Part shown: piece after piece, positions 27,813 through 35,688 of the stretch
How the letters are laid out: each line of letters starts with the position of its first letter
Position numbering within the stretch: position 1 is the first letter of the stretch
IMG/VR virus record: IMGVR_UViG_3300048694_001134
Coordinates: 1-64,000 of that record
Strand: one strand, 5' to 3'
Origin: a virus
DNA: 64,000 nucleotides
Program-made: the position numbers and the translations under genes
The notes under the pieces: model-generated
Told to the model about the DNA's origin: nothing
Database searches by the model: none
Seen by the model: the letters and a program-made list of their open reading frames with translations, nothing else

Positions 27813-30800
27813 ATGGCCATAACATCACTTAAGTACAATACAGCGTTAAAGGGATTACAGGCAATGTCCAATACGGACGTTGCTAGTTACCTTTCGCCTG
27901 TTATTGGAGCATACTTTGCTTCAAACACAAGTGTTGGTTCTCTTGCTGTTGGTTCAATGGCTAATGGTACATCGATCGGTACATGGGTCGATACTTACCG
28001 GACAGACTCGCTCGGTACGCACCCCGTCAATGCTGGTGCTATTACCACAAACAGCACAACGCTCTATCAAGATCTTTCCAACTCCTCTTTAAATGAAACG
28101 ACAGTACGACCTCTTGGGTGGAGTACGAGTAATAACTATTTCAAAGAGTTTACTGATACGGATATAAAAGACAATCTTTGTAATGCAGTTTTACAGGGCA
28201 TGCTTCTTTCCGGCGCAGGCGCATACGTGCTTCAGCCAACGGCTCCTGCTACTGGTACATGGGCGTCTCGAGGAACGTTAACAAATACGTTAACTACAGG
28301 AACAACAAACACAACAACGCTTTGGCAGCGCACAGATAGTACCGCTTCAACGGTTACAAGACCTATCAAGTTTGCGGCTGGCGTGCGCGAGATGACTGAT
28401 GATGATATCAGAACATTAACGCATAAAGTTCGTAACTACATTGTCACAAACGGTATTGGACAATATCAGTTATCAGCAACAACGCCTGTAACACCAGGAA
28501 CATGGGTTCAAGCAGGTAGCGGTTTTGATGATACGCGTTATCAAACTCAAGACCAAGCATATGCTGGCACGTACCAACAAGCATTCACCGGCGCCTACAC
28601 AGCAGCGTACACGGGAGCCTATGGTGGGAACTTTACCGGCGTTTACAATCAAACTTTCTCCGGAACTTACCAACAGGCATTTAGCGCAGCATACACTGGC
28701 CTGTACACAGGTGTTTATAGCCAAGCGTTCACAGGAAGCTACACTAACACGTTCACGGGCGCTTTTACTGGTGCTTATGTAGGTACGTTCTCCGGAGCAT
28801 ACACAGGTGCTTATTCACGTGTGTTCACTGGCTCATATACAGGCGCATACACTGGTATATACAGCCAAACGTTTACAGGGTCATACACAGGCAGTTACAA
28901 TCAAACATTTACTGGCGCTTACACTGGTATCTACAACCAGACGTTTACTGGTACCTATGCTGGTAATTATCAGCAGACATTTACTGGCGCATACACAGGT
29001 AATTATAACCAAACGTTCACGGGCACGTACAGTGGCGGGTACATTGGATATTTTACTGGCTCTTACGCTGGCACATATTCAAGCGTGTTCAGTGGTTCAT
29101 ATACCGGTGCTTACACGGGCGTATACAATCAGACGTTCACCGGAGCGTATGCTGGCAGTTACATAGGATACTTTACTGGTTCTTACGCGGGTACATATTC
29201 GCGCGTGTTTAGTGGTTCATATACTGGTACCTATACCGGTGTCTACAATCAAACGTTCACAGGTGCGTACGCTGGTGGATACGTTGGCTACTTTACTGGC
29301 TCTTACGCCGGCACATACTCACGTGTGTTTAGCGGTTCATATACTGGATTGTATTCTGGCGGATATACTGGTTACTTCACGGGCAACTACACGGGGTATT
29401 ATACTGGTTACTTTACAGGTAATTACACGGGTGCTTATTCACGTGTGTTTACTGGAGCGTACGCTGGTGCATATACGGGATATTATACTGGGTACTTCAC
29501 CGGGTACTATGCAGGATCATATACCCGCGTGTGGACGGGATCGTATGCTGGTACGTACGGTCAAACATGGACGGGTGTGTATGCTGGCGCTTATGCGCGA
29601 TCGTGGACGGGCACATATACGGGCTACTTCACGGGCAATTACACTGGTTACTACGCAGGAGCGTACACGGGGTACTACACTGGTTATTTTACTGGATACT
29701 ATACAGGGTATTATGCACGTGTAAGCTACACAGGATATTATACTCGAGTATTCAGTCGCACGTATGGCGGCAACGTTGCGGGTGGTGGCTGGTTTGCAGG
29801 TAGTTTTGTTGGTACTTATAACGTCAACGCAGTCTCTTATGTTGGGTATTATACTCGAGTATTCAGTCGCACGTATGGCGGCAACGTTGCGGGTGGTGGC
29901 TGGTTTGCAGGTAGTTTTGTTGGTGCCTATAATGCAACCGGGGCAGTCTACATGGGCTACTATGTTGGCTCGTTCAGTCGCACGTATGGCGGCAACACTG
30001 CGGGCTGGTATTCATCTAGCTACCTTGGTGGTTATCAAAACGTGGCTAAAGCGTTTGCAGGTAGTTACGCAAGTTCATTTGCCGGTGCGTATACAGGCGC
30101 GTACGCAGGAACGTATGCGGGCGCCTATGCACAAAGCTTTGCAGGAACGTATACTTCATACTTTACAGGTAACTATACTGGTTCGTATTCTCAATACTGG
30201 ACGGGAACTTATGCTGGAAATTACTCAGCGACTTGGACAGGAACATACGCCGGCGTATATGCAAATACATTTGTAGGGTATTACACTGGCGTGTACGCAG
30301 GTAATTACACGGGAACGTTCTCAGGTATATACGCTGGTGCTTATGCGCAAGCGTTCGCTGGTTTGTATGCTGGCACATATGCACAGGTGTTCACAGGAAC
30401 ATATGCTGGCGCATATGTTGGTAACTACACTGGTAGCTTCACTGGCGCGTACGCTGGTGCGTACGCTCAAACGTTTACAGGTATCTATAGCGGTGGTTAT
30501 GTGGGTGCATTCACAGGCCAATACAGCGGCGCCTATATTGGTAACTATACAGGTAGCTTCACCGGCGCATATGCAGGAGCTTATGCACAATCATTCACTG
30601 GGTCATACAGCGGCGGTTATGTTGGCTCGTTTACCGGACAGTACAGCGGCGCCTATATTGGCAACTATACCGGTAGCTTTACTGGCGCGTATGCCGGCGC
30701 GTATGCGCAGACATTCACCGGACTGTATAGTGGTGGCTACGTTGGTACGTTTACTGGTCAGTATAGTGGTGGTTATGTCGGCACATTCTCCGGACTCTAT

Positions 30801-31265
30801 AGCGGCGGCTACGTTGGCTCCTTCACTGGTCAGTATAGTGGTGGTTATGTTGGCACGTTTAGTGGCGCCTATGTGGGAAATTACTCACAATCCTACACCG
30901 GTATATACGCTGGTGCGTATGTTGGTAATTACACAGGAACGTTTACAGGAAGCTTTGTTGGCAACTACCAAAGTACATTTACCGGTATTTACTCCAACAC
31001 ATTTTCCGCAGCATATGTTGGGTCTTATGTTGGCTCGTTCACCGGACAGTACTCAGGCTCATATGGTAATGCATGGACAGGAGCGTTTACAGGCTTGTAC
31101 ACGGGTCAGTTCACAGGAATTTACACGGGACTATATACCGGGGTATATTCAACAGCATATTCAGGCGCTTATGTTGGGTCGTTCACCGGTTCGTATACAG
31201 GGTTGACTATCATTTCAAGTCCTGAGACAATATCAACGATAAAACTTTGGGTAAGGATAGCATGA
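27813..31265 (+). CDS. Tyr/Gly tetrapeptide-repeat virion protein, long paralogue
   Basis: 1150 aa ORF with the same N-terminal modules as the previous gene and about 880 aa of [YFW]-x-G-x repeats. Confidence 0.8.
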   Translation: MAITSLKYNTALKGLQAMSNTDVASYLSPVIGAYFASNTSVGSLAVGSMANGTSIGTWVDTYRTDSLGTHPVNAGAITTNSTTLYQDLSNSSLNETTVRPLGWSTSNNYFKEFTDTDIKDNLCNAVLQGMLLSGAGAYVLQPTAPATGTWASRGTLTNTLTTGTTNTTTLWQRTDSTASTVTRPIKFAAGVREMTDDDIRTLTHKVRNYIVTNGIGQYQLSATTPVTPGTWVQAGSGFDDTRYQTQDQAYAGTYQQAFTGAYTAAYTGAYGGNFTGVYNQTFSGTYQQAFSAAYTGLYTGVYSQAFTGSYTNTFTGAFTGAYVGTFSGAYTGAYSRVFTGSYTGAYTGIYSQTFTGSYTGSYNQTFTGAYTGIYNQTFTGTYAGNYQQTFTGAYTGNYNQTFTGTYSGGYIGYFTGSYAGTYSSVFSGSYTGAYTGVYNQTFTGAYAGSYIGYFTGSYAGTYSRVFSGSYTGTYTGVYNQTFTGAYAGGYVGYFTGSYAGTYSRVFSGSYTGLYSGGYTGYFTGNYTGYYTGYFTGNYTGAYSRVFTGAYAGAYTGYYTGYFTGYYAGSYTRVWTGSYAGTYGQTWTGVYAGAYARSWTGTYTGYFTGNYTGYYAGAYTGYYTGYFTGYYTGYYARVSYTGYYTRVFSRTYGGNVAGGGWFAGSFVGTYNVNAVSYVGYYTRVFSRTYGGNVAGGGWFAGSFVGAYNATGAVYMGYYVGSFSRTYGGNTAGWYSSSYLGGYQNVAKAFAGSYASSFAGAYTGAYAGTYAGAYAQSFAGTYTSYFTGNYTGSYSQYWTGTYAGNYSATWTGTYAGVYANTFVGYYTGVYAGNYTGTFSGIYAGAYAQAFAGLYAGTYAQVFTGTYAGAYVGNYTGSFTGAYAGAYAQTFTGIYSGGYVGAFTGQYSGAYIGNYTGSFTGAYAGAYAQSFTGSYSGGYVGSFTGQYSGAYIGNYTGSFTGAYAGAYAQTFTGLYSGGYVGTFTGQYSGGYVGTFSGLYSGGYVGSFTGQYSGGYVGTFSGAYVGNYSQSYTGIYAGAYVGNYTGTFTGSFVGNYQSTFTGIYSNTFSAAYVGSYVGSFTGQYSGSYGNAWTGAFTGLYTGQFTGIYTGLYTGVYSTAYSGAYVGSFTGSYTGLTIISSPETISTIKLWVRIA
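29736..29924 (+). repeat. Two identical 78-bp direct repeats with a 111-bp (37-codon) period, plus a partial third copy near 29970-29996
   Basis: TATTATACTCGAGTATTCAGTCGCACG...GTAGTTTTGTTGGT at 29736-29813 and 29847-29924. Confidence 0.9.
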
Positions 31266-31714
31266 AGAGAACCATAAAAAACCCGCATTGGGTCAATAAT
31301 GCAAGAACAGTAATGTCGGCTGAGTTTCACTACGATGATGGAAGAGTGATTACGGCGGTTATCAATTCTAACGAAACAAACAATCCCGACTATCAAGAGA
31401 TACGTGCAACGTTCTCTGAAGCAGAGCTGGAACAGAATACACAAAACAATATTCGTAAAATCCAGGGCGACAGGGATCGTCAAAAGGCGCAGGAAGAAGC
31501 TCAAAAGGAACGTGAGCGTCAGGAGCGGTTGTTCCAGGTTAAACTTGCTGCCTTTGAAGTTGATGCTATTAAGAATACCACAAATAAAGCTTTGAAGTCA
31601 GCACTCCGCCGTTCGAAAAGCGATTTTGAAGTATATGCAATGGCAGCAGCAATTATCCTTGACTCGGTACAAAATCCTCCCGCTCAAACTGACGAGCCGT
31701 CAGAGGAACAATAA
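31262..31714 (+). CDS. Hypothetical protein, possible fibre assembly chaperone
   Basis: ATGA overlap with the long repeat gene; P.W.N....(x)EF N-terminus and a charged helical C-half. Confidence 0.55.
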   Translation: MKRTIKNPHWVNNARTVMSAEFHYDDGRVITAVINSNETNNPDYQEIRATFSEAELEQNTQNNIRKIQGDRDRQKAQEEAQKERERQERLFQVKLAAFEVDAIKNTTNKALKSALRRSKSDFEVYAMAAAIILDSVQNPPAQTDEPSEEQ

Positions 31715-32433
31715 TGACTGATCTTCGTAATGGTTTTTTGATCGTAGCCTCAAAGGATCCCGGCTACGTGATTGGTGCAAATTTTCTCGCTGCAAGTATA
31801 AAGGATTTCTATCCTGAAGCACATATTACCATGTTTGTCACTCCCGATTTACGAACCCGGGTTGATGATAGCGTGTTTGATTTAGTCGTTAGTGAGGATG
31901 TCCCTTCACACATAAGAACGAAGCTGTACGCTCTATCACAAACGCCTTACACGGAACTAACTTGTTACGTTGATGCTGACATGGAATGCATGCATGAAGA
32001 TGTACGCAACATTTGGAATGAAATGCCAAACGATTGCGATATTTTGATTACAAAAATTAGACCATATAATGGAAAAGAAGATAAGTGGCCTGGTGGCACC
32101 ACAATCCCCAAGGGTCGCATGACTTACCACGGCGGCTTCTTTCTCTACCGTTCAAACGAACAAACAAAATACTTCATGGAAAGGTGGTGGCAAGATTACG
32201 TCAAGCAGCGCGCCGAGCCATGGCCATACAATGAGGATGAAATACCAAAATCATTTGCTCAATGGGATCAATTTACTTTTTGGAAGTTGATGAACGAGGA
32301 CAATCTCCCAATCAACGTTCAGGTATTCAATGACGACGCTAGGTGGAATTTTGTCAATGGGTACTATCTGACCGAGACGCAACAGCCGATCGTTTTTTAT
32401 CATCACACACTACCGCATAGAGTTGGCCAATGA
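31714..32433 (+). CDS. GT-A fold glycosyltransferase (GT8-like)
   Basis: TKLYALSQTPY..TCYVDAD (DxD), HGGFFLY, WDQFTFW, RWN and late FYHH. Confidence 0.8.
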   Translation: MTDLRNGFLIVASKDPGYVIGANFLAASIKDFYPEAHITMFVTPDLRTRVDDSVFDLVVSEDVPSHIRTKLYALSQTPYTELTCYVDADMECMHEDVRNIWNEMPNDCDILITKIRPYNGKEDKWPGGTTIPKGRMTYHGGFFLYRSNEQTKYFMERWWQDYVKQRAEPWPYNEDEIPKSFAQWDQFTFWKLMNEDNLPINVQVFNDDARWNFVNGYYLTETQQPIVFYHHTLPHRVGQ

Positions 32434-33038
32434 AAACTATTGAAATAAACAACAAAGACCTAAAAGTAATCCTTGACAAGTTTCTACAACAGCTATTATT
32501 GCAAGATCGATCAAACTATCCCTACGGCCGTTCAGATATAACTCCGGAGTATGCATGTGGTAATGAATACTTGCATCACATGCAAAATAAACCGGTTGAT
32601 GGCTTTCCGGAAAAAACGTATGGTGTTGATCTCTCACGTCATATCCCACCCAACTTGAAAGAAGCATTGAAGACGCTAGATCAAGAGTTGCTTGCTTGGT
32701 CGGGATCGAGGAACAACGCTGTCAAGATGTTGTATCCTAAAGGTGGGTACATGGGATGGCATCACAACGCCAATGCGGCTGGCTACAACATCCTTCTTTC
32801 ATGGTCAAAGGATGGAAAGGGATATTTTAGATACCAAGATCCGCTGACGAAAGAAATCGTAACAATGCAAGATACGCCGGGATGGACTTGTAAAGTTGGA
32901 TACTACGGTCCTTGGAATGAACCTGATAGAATTTATTGGCATTGTGCAAACGCAGAAAACGAAGAAAGATTGACGCTGGGTTATATTATTCCTCATGAGG
33001 GAATGTGGGAAGACATGATAGACGATATTCAGAGCTGA
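32430..33038 (+). CDS. 2OG-Fe(II) oxygenase / cupin-like protein
   Basis: YPKGGYMGWHHN ... YWHCA ... RLTLG gives a double-stranded beta-helix pattern (HxN...H...R). Confidence 0.6.
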   Translation: MKTIEINNKDLKVILDKFLQQLLLQDRSNYPYGRSDITPEYACGNEYLHHMQNKPVDGFPEKTYGVDLSRHIPPNLKEALKTLDQELLAWSGSRNNAVKMLYPKGGYMGWHHNANAAGYNILLSWSKDGKGYFRYQDPLTKEIVTMQDTPGWTCKVGYYGPWNEPDRIYWHCANAENEERLTLGYIIPHEGMWEDMIDDIQS

Positions 33039-33844
33039 CGTAGGAGCATGTCGCGGCCAATCTCTTTGCGAATATCTTCCCGCTGCTCTGTAGTGCCGTT
33101 GAACGCCTCTTCAAATCTTGAATAATAGCTTTTGTAACCGTTAGATACAAAATCGTCTATATCTTCCTGTGTTGTTGGCCCATTGAAAAGAACAATTGGT
33201 ACTGAGTCTTTGTATACCTCATATTCTTCTGGCGATGACATAATTCGTTTTACTTTCCTATCGATATCATACAGAAAAGAATAAAAGCAATCCTCAGGAA
33301 GGCCACCTCTGATTTTATGTTCATAAAAAAGAAAGCCATCCATTCCTCTCCAGTATTTTTTTAAGAAGGCTTGCTTGTTTTCTATGAATGATGACCATAA
33401 ATGATTTGTTGTTCCTGGTATCCAGAACATGCAGCTCGAGTTGATGGTGTGATCAAGGTATGGTGGTTCTATATCCTTACGTCTTAAAGATTTCCAAACA
33501 GCATTAATTGTTTTAAAGGTGCTTGTTTCTTTTGAACGGTTGATAAACCCGTCAATGTTTTTCTTAATTACAATGTCAAGATCAAAGAAAAACGTCGGAT
33601 TATTATTAATCTTTAACGCAAACTCGTCGCTGAGAAGAAACAGTTTGTTAAAAACAATTGGATGTAGATCAAAGTCAACGTATGGTATAACTTTGATTTC
33701 TGGGTGCAGACCGACAGGATCATCTGTATAACAGAAAAACTTAAATGGCTGCGACACAAAAGCGCTGCACATGCCGTGCAGCTTGTTTGCATAAATACTG
33801 CCATACTTCGATCCAATCTTCACACAAACGATGTTTATCATCAC
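33029..33844 (-). CDS. GT-A fold glycosyltransferase
   Basis: IVCVKIGSKYGSIYANKL, FFCYTDDP.GL, NKLFL, FFDLDIVI (DxD) and INSSCMFW. Confidence 0.8.
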   Translation of the reverse strand: MMINIVCVKIGSKYGSIYANKLHGMCSAFVSQPFKFFCYTDDPVGLHPEIKVIPYVDFDLHPIVFNKLFLLSDEFALKINNNPTFFFDLDIVIKKNIDGFINRSKETSTFKTINAVWKSLRRKDIEPPYLDHTINSSCMFWIPGTTNHLWSSFIENKQAFLKKYWRGMDGFLFYEHKIRGGLPEDCFYSFLYDIDRKVKRIMSSPEEYEVYKDSVPIVLFNGPTTQEDIDDFVSNGYKSYYSRFEEAFNGTTEQREDIRKEIGRDMLLRQL

Positions 33845-33869
33845 AATTTAACTTTTTAGAGGTGCAAAT

Positions 33870-34478
33870 ATGTACATTGTAGGAACAGGTCGCTCAGGTT
33901 CTACAGCTTTCACAATCCACAAGGCATTAGAAGCTGGCGTTCCTTTCAAGGGTGAAATAAATTATTTCCCAGCAATTGCTGGGCCTAACCCATCTCGTCC
34001 CGTTTGGAAGCGTGATTTCCACGAAACAGGTATTCAACCAACATATACCGTTGATGAATATCTCGATGCGTGGGACAACTTATCCGATCCCAATTCTATG
34101 TATCTCGTGTCTGCACAGAGTGGTGATGTTTCTGTTTGGGCTGGCGCGTCTGCATTCATTACGCGTAAGAACATCCGCAACGCAATGCTTTCTCACGCAA
34201 ACCTTCTAATAAAGAGCTACTATGGCAACACACCGGTTGTTCGTCCTTACCATTTCATTAGACAAGCCGTTGAAAGAAACTTTATCACGACATGCTTGAT
34301 GCTCAAGTTCTGCGCCAAACACAACAAGACCATTACATGGTACGAGGATGTGTTTGAAAAGACAACCACATACAGCGCTTTCAACGATTGGCCACATAGA
34401 CAAGAACTTCTTACGTTCCTTGACGAACTCATTGCAGAATTCCGGCCGGAACTACTGAACCAGAATATCGTTGTGTAA
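33870..34478 (+). CDS. Sulfotransferase-like P-loop protein
   Basis: N-terminal IVGTGRSGST resembles the PAPS-binding loop; ITRKN...AMLS and WYED resemble downstream sulfotransferase motifs. Confidence 0.55.
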   Translation: MYIVGTGRSGSTAFTIHKALEAGVPFKGEINYFPAIAGPNPSRPVWKRDFHETGIQPTYTVDEYLDAWDNLSDPNSMYLVSAQSGDVSVWAGASAFITRKNIRNAMLSHANLLIKSYYGNTPVVRPYHFIRQAVERNFITTCLMLKFCAKHNKTITWYEDVFEKTTTYSAFNDWPHRQELLTFLDELIAEFRPELLNQNIVV

Positions 34479-35095
34479 TGTTTAGTTATCTTTGTAATGT
34501 TTCTGATGTTCTACGCACACTACCAAAGCATCAGATAGATGATTTTGCTGATTCGTTTAGTAAGACACAATACAGATCGAAAAAGTGGTTAGTTGAAACA
34601 CTGGCCCAAACAAAACTCCCCTCATCACCGTCTATATTAATATTAGGCGGATGGTATGGGAGTTTTCTTGTTCCTATGTTGCAACAACAGTACCCCGAGT
34701 GCTCCATTCTTTTAACTGACAAACAAAGTGAGCCCCTCTCCGTTGCAGAATACCTACATGACGCGCGATACAGCGGCACGTCAAAAATAAGAATGGGTGT
34801 TGTTGATGTCGAGCAGAATTTGCAACGCGTGCAGAATCAAAGTTTTGATGTTGTTATAAACACGTCCTGTGAACACATGACCAACCTCCACAATATCAAA
34901 GTTGCAAACGAGGATGCTCTGTATGTGTTTCAAGCGTGCGATGAAAAAGATGATCCCGGCCATATCAACCCTATACAAACAACGGATGATCTGGTGAAGC
35001 AATGTAAACTGACCAACATCATTTTTCGGGGTAGGTTGGATCTTGGTCACAAGAACAGACTAATGATCATTGGCAAAAAGCAACAGATTTTGTAA
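34478..35095 (+). CDS. Class I SAM-dependent methyltransferase-like protein
   Basis: SK.WLV, ILILGGWYG, DVVINTSCEHM, HIN and RLMIIG motifs. Confidence 0.7.
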   Translation: MFSYLCNVSDVLRTLPKHQIDDFADSFSKTQYRSKKWLVETLAQTKLPSSPSILILGGWYGSFLVPMLQQQYPECSILLTDKQSEPLSVAEYLHDARYSGTSKIRMGVVDVEQNLQRVQNQSFDVVINTSCEHMTNLHNIKVANEDALYVFQACDEKDDPGHINPIQTTDDLVKQCKLTNIIFRGRLDLGHKNRLMIIGKKQQIL

Positions 35096-35096
35096 A

Positions 35097-35104
35097 TATA
35101 AATA
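35097..35104 (+). promoter_or_regulatory. T4-type late promoter TATAAATA
   Basis: Exact consensus in the intergenic gap where structural genes resume. Confidence 0.7.
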
Positions 35105-35137
35105 CCGCGATAATACTATTATAAGCGGAATTGGTAC

Positions 35138-35470
35138 ATGGCAATCAAAGCAAATCTTGTCATTGATCAGGGAACAGACTATTCAACATCTATAAACCTA
35201 ACGGATGATGATGGAAATCTTGTCGATTTGACAGGGTACTCAGCTAGTTCTCAGATTAGAAAGACACCATCATCATCAAATGCAGTTAGTTTCAGCGTTT
35301 CTGTCGCCGAGGCGCAGGGGCTGGTTCTTTTGTCTTTGACTGATCAACAAACATCAAATCTAGTGCCGGGTAGATATGTTTATGACGTTTTGCTTACAAA
35401 TAACAACAACAATCTAACTTCACGTATTTTAGAAGGAATTGTTACTGTGACGCCGGGAGTAACGAGATGA
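35138..35470 (+). CDS. Small Ig-like virion protein
   Basis: NLVIDQGTD...DLTGY....QIRK...GRYVYDV...RILEGIVTVTPGVT, a common T4-like structural family. Confidence 0.7.
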   Translation: MAIKANLVIDQGTDYSTSINLTDDDGNLVDLTGYSASSQIRKTPSSSNAVSFSVSVAEAQGLVLLSLTDQQTSNLVPGRYVYDVLLTNNNNNLTSRILEGIVTVTPGVTR

Positions 35471-35688
35471 CAGCTATTGTTGTGAAAGTTACAAATGGTC
35501 AGTTACAAGCCAGCTCACCAGTTACATTAAAGAACACAATTCAAGCGGATGCCAATAGACGATTAGATGGTCTTTTGGATGTGACAGCCGATACTGCGAA
35601 TACGCCAGTAAATAGCACCCTCGTTTATGATCCGTCAACAGACAAATACGTTGTAAAATTACTAGACCTAGACGGGGGAACATTTTAA
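35467..35688 (+). CDS. Small virion protein ending in LDGGTF
   Basis: Coupled ORF; L.GL.DV...STLVYD...KYV...LDGGTF. Confidence 0.65.
   Translation: MTAIVVKVTNGQLQASSPVTLKNTIQADANRRLDGLLDVTADTANTPVNSTLVYDPSTDKYVVKLLDLDGGTF

Noticed and set aside
29736-29996. Direct repeats as a CRISPR array or DGR template/variable pair
   Set aside because: They are in frame within a coding sequence, with only 2-3 copies and no adenine-specific mismatches; no cas or reverse transcriptase gene is in the window.
26697-31202. Ice-nucleation, collagen-like or pentapeptide-repeat protein
   Set aside because: The period is 4 with an aromatic at position 1. There are no AGYGSTxT octamers, Gly-X-Y triplets or A(D/N)Lxx pentamers.
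35105-35129. CCGC...ATAAT-ACT-ATTAT...GCGG imperfect hairpin after the late promoter
   Set aside because: Weak, AT-rich and bulged, with no U tract; it cannot be called a terminator or operator.
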